Origin: Casimicrobium huifangae
Lineage (GTDB): Bacteria > Pseudomonadota > Gammaproteobacteria > Burkholderiales > Casimicrobiaceae
Length of the DNA: 32,000 nt
Assembly (NCBI RefSeq): GCF_009746125.1
Contig: NZ_CP041352.1
Span: forward strand, 367,847 to 399,846
Reading direction: 5' to 3'
Shown piece after piece: positions 27,928 through 32,000 of this stretch (position 1 is the stretch's first letter; every line of letters starts with the position of its first letter). The position numbers were made by a program, and so were the translations under genes. The notes beneath the pieces were generated by a model, which did not search any database, had not been told where the DNA came from, and worked only from the letters and a program-made list of their open reading frames with translations.

Positions 27928-28040
27928 GGTGGTTTCGTACAGTTCACAGCTCTATTGAGCTAGATTGTAAGCTGGTTTATTGAGCGGGTGTTCCGCTCTG
28001 CCTGGGTAGTGCCAAGCACATATATCCAAAACAATATAAT

Positions 28041-28373
28041 ATGCGAATGAAGCCCGTACAGTTCCTTGGCGACTCGCTGAAGCGACTCCGTGAGTTCCCG
28101 GCAGACGCGAGGCAAGATGCAGGTCGCCAACTTGATCGTGTTCAGCGTGGAAAACAGCCCGACGACTTCAAGCCCATGTCGTCTATCGGCAAAGGCATTC
28201 AAGAAATTCGGGTTTGGGACGACGCTGGCACCTTTCGCGTGATTTACACAGCGCGGTTGGCGGATGCGGTTTATGTGTTGCATGCGTTCCAGAAGAAGAC
28301 GCAGGCAACCTCCAGACGAGACATCGAAATCGCGAAAGCCAGATTTGCAGAATTGATGAGAGGTTTGACATGA
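28041..28373 (+). CDS. RelE/HigB-superfamily toxin (Gp49-like)
   Basis: VQFLGDSLKRLREFPADARQDAGRQLDRVQRGKQPDDFKPMSSIGKGIQEIRVWDDAGTFRVIYTARLADAVYVLHAFQKKTQATSRRDIEIAKARF. Confidence 0.9.
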   Translation: MRMKPVQFLGDSLKRLREFPADARQDAGRQLDRVQRGKQPDDFKPMSSIGKGIQEIRVWDDAGTFRVIYTARLADAVYVLHAFQKKTQATSRRDIEIAKARFAELMRGLT

Positions 28374-28657
28374 AATCGCCACAAGCTGACCGTTTCGCGA
28401 GTGTTTGGGATGCGATCGCAGACACGCCGGAAGAGGCTGCCAACCTTCGCTTGCGCTCCGAATTGATGGACAAAATCTCGGAACTGATCGCAACCAGTGG
28501 TTGGACCCAGTCGGAAGCTGCGGCACGATGCGGTCTGACCCAGCCGCGAATCAGCGACTTGTTGCGTGGGCGTATCTCGCGGTTCTCTCTCGATGCGCTC
28601 GTGAATATTGCGTCCGCGCTCGGGCAGCGCGTGCATGTGGAGCTGGAAGCGGCGTGA
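28370..28657 (+). CDS. XRE/HigA-type antitoxin
   Basis: LRSELMDKISELIATSGWTQSEAAARCGLTQPRISDLLRGRISRFSLDALVNIASALG; ATG overlaps the toxin stop (ATGA). Confidence 0.9.
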   Translation: MKSPQADRFASVWDAIADTPEEAANLRLRSELMDKISELIATSGWTQSEAAARCGLTQPRISDLLRGRISRFSLDALVNIASALGQRVHVELEAA

Positions 28658-28791
28658 TCAAACAATCCCGTTATTCGTTCGCCACGCGATAGATTTACGG
28701 GATTGTTTCGCGGGATGACAGCATGCCAATGGCTTACCCAAGTACGACCGGCTGCTGAACGGGCTTCTGCCGTTGAGGTACTGAATAGCTG

Positions 28792-29802
28792 TCAGCCGAT
28801 CCCCGCCAGCAACTCATAACTCCGCTTCCGCGCCGCATGGTCGTGCACGGCGCCAGTGATGATCAGTTCGTCTGCTTGCGTCTGCGCGACGATGTCGCTG
28901 AGGCGGCCGCGGACGGTGGCGGGTGCGCCGACGGCGGTGACGGTCAGCATTTGCTCCATGCCGGCGCGCTCGGCGGGCGAGCCCAGCGCGTTCATTTCGG
29001 CAACCGGGATGGGGTGCGGCAACGGGCCGCGCTTGCCGGTTTGCATGCCGAGGAATCGCTGTTGCAGGGACGTGAAGAGATACGCCGCTTCGTCGTCGGT
29101 GTCTGCGCAGATGACGTTCACGGCCACCATCGCATGCGGTTTGGTGAGCGCGCCGGGCTGGCCGTTCGGGCGGAAGCGTGCGCGATAGATCTGCAGCGCC
29201 TGCTTCAGCATCGCCGGTGCAAAGTGGGACGCGAACGCGAACGGGTAGCCCAAGTGCGCTGCCACCTGTGCGCTGTAGAGACTGGAGCCGAGCAGCCAGA
29301 TCGGCACGTCACATCCGATGCCGGGAATGGCGCGCACCGGGCGGCGTTCATCGGGCGGCGGCTTGAAGTATTCCGCGAGCTCGACCACGTCGCCAATGAA
29401 GTCATCTTCGCTCTGTGTTGCCAGCGTGCGGCGCAGCGCGCGCATGGTCATCTGGTCGGTGCCCGGCGCGCGGCCGAGGCCCAGGTCGATGCGGCCGGGG
29501 TACAGCGTGGCGAGCGTGCCGAACTGCTCGGCGATCACCAGCGGCGCATGGTTAGGCAACATCACGCCGCCGGAGCCGACGCGGATTGTCTTCGTGCCCG
29601 CCGCGAGATAGCCGATCAGCACCGACGTGGCGGAGCTGGCCACGCCGTCCATGTTGTGATGCTCGGCCACCCAGTAACGCTGGTAACCAAGTTGTTCGGC
29701 ATGTTGAGCGAGATCGAGCGAATTGCGCAGCGCGTCAGCGGCGCTGCCGCCTTCGACGATCAGGGAGAGATCAAGGATACTGAGAGGAGGGAGTGCGGCC
29801 AT
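28792..29802 (-). CDS. LLM-class flavin-dependent oxidoreductase (luciferase-like)
   Basis: [79 protein letters not shown]. Confidence 0.93.
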   Translation of the reverse strand: MAALPPLSILDLSLIVEGGSAADALRNSLDLAQHAEQLGYQRYWVAEHHNMDGVASSATSVLIGYLAAGTKTIRVGSGGVMLPNHAPLVIAEQFGTLATLYPGRIDLGLGRAPGTDQMTMRALRRTLATQSEDDFIGDVVELAEYFKPPPDERRPVRAIPGIGCDVPIWLLGSSLYSAQVAAHLGYPFAFASHFAPAMLKQALQIYRARFRPNGQPGALTKPHAMVAVNVICADTDDEAAYLFTSLQQRFLGMQTGKRGPLPHPIPVAEMNALGSPAERAGMEQMLTVTAVGAPATVRGRLSDIVAQTQADELIITGAVHDHAARKRSYELLAGIG

Positions 29803-29836
29803 GCCGATACTCTACCCGCTCCGCAAAAACCGCACG

Positions 29837-30307
29837 TCAGTCGGGGTCACTCGTCCCGACACCCAGCCGCTCGATCATCGCATCCAGCGCCCGGTAGGTA
29901 TCGTCGGTGAATGCCTTGCCCAGTGCCGATTCGATCTCGGCGTACACCGCCTCGATTTGCGGCGCCATGGTTTGCGCCAGCTTGCGACTTTTCGCAGTGA
30001 GTGACACGGTGACGCGACGCTGGTCGCCTGCCACCGGGGACTTGCGGATCAGGCCAAGATCGTCCATGCGGGCGAGGATGCCAGCCAGGCTTGGGCTGGA
30101 AATACCGCACAGGGCAACGATCTCGCGCGGCTCGCGCGGACCCGTGTCGATCAGCGCCCGGACGATGCGCCACTGCTGCTCGGTCAGTCCGTGCGCGTTG
30201 AGGATGGGCCGGAAGCGCGCCAGCACCGCCTCGCGCGCGTGCAGCAGCAGCAGCGGCAGGTTGCGGTGGTGAATGGGGCGGTCGGCAGGCATCGGGGCAA
30301 TCGGCAA
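29837..30307 (-). CDS. hpaR: MarR-family regulator, HpaR-like (homoprotocatechuate operon regulator)
   Basis: LTEQQWRIVRALIDTGPREPREIVALCGISSPSLAGILARMDDLGLIRKSPVAGDQRRVTVSLTAKSR; divergent from hpa catabolic genes. Confidence 0.85.
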   Translation of the reverse strand: MPIAPMPADRPIHHRNLPLLLLHAREAVLARFRPILNAHGLTEQQWRIVRALIDTGPREPREIVALCGISSPSLAGILARMDDLGLIRKSPVAGDQRRVTVSLTAKSRKLAQTMAPQIEAVYAEIESALGKAFTDDTYRALDAMIERLGVGTSDPD

Positions 30308-30347
30308 TCGGAACGGTGGATTGACAGTGTCGAGAACGTAACGCTAT

Positions 30348-30367
30348 ATTACTCACATATTAGTAAT
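30348..30367. promoter_or_regulatory. Probable HpaR/MarR operator
   Basis: ATTACT-CACATATT-AGTAAT inverted repeat in the hpaR/FAH divergent intergenic region, just upstream of ATG 30374. Confidence 0.65.
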
Positions 30368-30373
30368 CAGGCA

Positions 30374-31081
30374 ATGGCGATCATGCTTACCGCTTTGTCC
30401 ATCGACATGCCCATGCGCCCGTGGCGGTTGAGCGGGACGGTTTACGGCACGCTGCTCAATCACGTGCCGGCGCTGGCTTCGCTTGGCGACGCTGCGAATG
30501 CCGCGCCATACAAGGCGGCGCCGAAGGCCCCCGTGCTGTTTGTCAAGCCGCGCAATACGCTGCTCGCACCCGGACAGCCGGTATGTGCGCCGGATGGCGA
30601 CGGTGTGTGGCAGGTCGGTGTGTCGCTGGGCATTGTGATCGGCCGCACTGCCTGTCGCCTTGCTGAAAGCGACGCTGCCAGCGTCGTCGCTGGTTACACG
30701 ATGGTCGTGGATTTCAGCGTGCCACACGAGAGCTTTTATCGTCCGTCGGTGCGCTTCAAGGCGCGAGATGGTTCGTGCGCTATTGGTCCGCGGGTGGTTG
30801 CGGTTGCGGAGACTGAATCGCCCGACGACCTCGCGATCACGGTCGCGGTCGATGGCGCGCTGGTGCAACAGGCCAGCACAGCGAACATGATTCGCCCGGT
30901 CACACGCCTGCTCGCGGACGTGACCGACTTCATGACGCTGGCACCCGGTGATGTGCTGATGCTCGGTGTGCCGCACGGCGCGCCACTGGTGCGTGCGGGG
31001 CAGCGCATTCGCGCCGAGATCGCGGGCATTGGCGCTTACGAAACGGTGATCACGGCGGCCACGGTGCAGGAGGCCGCATGA
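30374..31081 (+). CDS. Fumarylacetoacetate hydrolase family protein (HpaG N-terminal-half-like, HpaG1)
   Basis: VLFVKPRNTLLAPGQPVCAPDGDGVWQVGVSLGIVIGRTACRLAESDAASVVAGYTMVVDFSVPHESFYRPSVRFKARDGSCAIGPRVV; first in-frame ATG after the promoter is 30374. Confidence 0.85.
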   Translation: MAIMLTALSIDMPMRPWRLSGTVYGTLLNHVPALASLGDAANAAPYKAAPKAPVLFVKPRNTLLAPGQPVCAPDGDGVWQVGVSLGIVIGRTACRLAESDAASVVAGYTMVVDFSVPHESFYRPSVRFKARDGSCAIGPRVVAVAETESPDDLAITVAVDGALVQQASTANMIRPVTRLLADVTDFMTLAPGDVLMLGVPHGAPLVRAGQRIRAEIAGIGAYETVITAATVQEAA

Positions 31082-31845
31082 GAACTGCGCGCGTTGCCTA
31101 CGGCGGGGCGATTCACACAGCGTATCCGCACGAGCGCGGCGTTCAGCTTGCGGACGGCCGCGTGCTGGCTGACGCTGACGTGGTGTGGCTGCCGCCGTTC
31201 GAGGTGGGCACCATCATTGCGCTGGGCCTGAACTACAGCGACCACGTCAAGGAGCTGTCGAAAGAGCTCACCATCACCACCAAAGACGAGCCGCTGGTGT
31301 TCCTCAAAGGGCCGGGCGCCGTGATCGGCCATCGTGGCTTTACGCGGCGGCCAGCTGGCATGAGCTTCATGCATTACGAGTGCGAGCTCGCCGTCGTTAT
31401 CGGCAAACCGGCGTACAAGGTGCGCGCGGCCGATGCGATGCAGCATGTGGCGGGCTACACCGTGTGCAACGACTACGCCATCCGCGACTATCTCGAGAAC
31501 TGGTATCGCCCCAACCTGCGCGTGAAAAACCGCGACACTGGCACCGTGCTGGGTCCGTGGCTGGTGGATGCGGAGGATGTGCCGCATCCGCATGATCTTG
31601 CCCTGCGCACGCTGGTCAACGGCAAGGTGACGCAGCAGGGCCACACCGGCAACATGATCAACGACATCCCGGCGCTGATCGAGTATCTCAGCGGTTTCAT
31701 GACGCTCGCGCCCGGCGACGTGATCCTCACCGGCACGCCGGAGGGCGTCGTCAACGTGAATGTTGGCGACGAGGTTGTCACAGAGATTGACGGCATCGGC
31801 CGTCTTGTCAACACCATCGTCGGCGACGAAGCGTTCGGCCGTTAA
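31078..31845 (+). CDS. Fumarylacetoacetate hydrolase family protein (HpaG C-terminal-half-like, HpaG2)
   Basis: ALGLNYSDHVKELSKELTITTKDEPLVFLKGPGAVIGH...MHYECELAVVIGKPAYKVRAADAMQHVAGYTVCNDYAIRDYL...GPWLVDAEDVPHPHDL; ATGA overlap with the upstream gene. Confidence 0.88.
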   Translation: MRTARVAYGGAIHTAYPHERGVQLADGRVLADADVVWLPPFEVGTIIALGLNYSDHVKELSKELTITTKDEPLVFLKGPGAVIGHRGFTRRPAGMSFMHYECELAVVIGKPAYKVRAADAMQHVAGYTVCNDYAIRDYLENWYRPNLRVKNRDTGTVLGPWLVDAEDVPHPHDLALRTLVNGKVTQQGHTGNMINDIPALIEYLSGFMTLAPGDVILTGTPEGVVNVNVGDEVVTEIDGIGRLVNTIVGDEAFGR

Positions 31846-31863
31846 TCCTCGAATTCTGGAAGC

Positions 31864-32000
31864 ATGCACATGCAGATTCAGCACCTCATTAACGGCAAAT
31901 CACAGACAAGCCGCGACACCTTCGAAACGGTCAACCCTGCCACGCAGGAGACGCTGGCCGAAGTCGCTCGCGGCGGTGCAGACGAAGTGAACGCCGCCGT
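31864..32000 (+). CDS. hpaE: 5-carboxymethyl-2-hydroxymuconate semialdehyde dehydrogenase, N-terminal part (runs off window)
   Basis: MHMQIQHLINGKSQTSRDTFETVNPATQETLAEVARGGADEVNAAV resembles the aldehyde dehydrogenase N-terminus; position after the hpaG-like genes. Confidence 0.75.
   Translation, partial: MHMQIQHLINGKSQTSRDTFETVNPATQETLAEVARGGADEVNAA

Overview
GC-rich bacterial chromosome segment, probably proteobacterial (inference only). Left flank: MerR-type regulator, folE2, tRNA-Lys(TTT) with promoter and terminator, an OmpA-family protein, and a translationally coupled pair of exported proteins (RCC1/DUF5648/BACON-like protein, then a caspase-like protease with a cysteine-free rhodanese-like C-terminus), followed by a CDF transporter and an orphan DUF433 gene. 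Centre (about 11.0-26.3 kb): a defence island. It holds a small unknown ORF, vsr and a dcm-like C5 methyltransferase in one overlapping operon, then a convergent AIPR-family gene. A tightly coupled five-gene operon follows: unknown 340 aa protein, DrmE-like 557 aa protein, NERD-nuclease/SF1 helicase, DrmA-like helicase and DrmB-like DUF1998 protein. This reads as a DISARM-related system of non-canonical composition: cytosine methylase plus Vsr, AIPR and NERD-helicase present, and no recognisable drmC. Right of it are three toxin-antitoxin modules, one with a perfect 26-bp operator-like palindrome upstream. The right flank has an LLM flavin oxidoreductase and a homoprotocatechuate (hpa) catabolic region: hpaR-like MarR, a divergent promoter with ATTACT-N8-AGTAAT, two FAH-family genes and the start of hpaE. 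No CRISPR array, rRNA, transposase or integrase was recognised.
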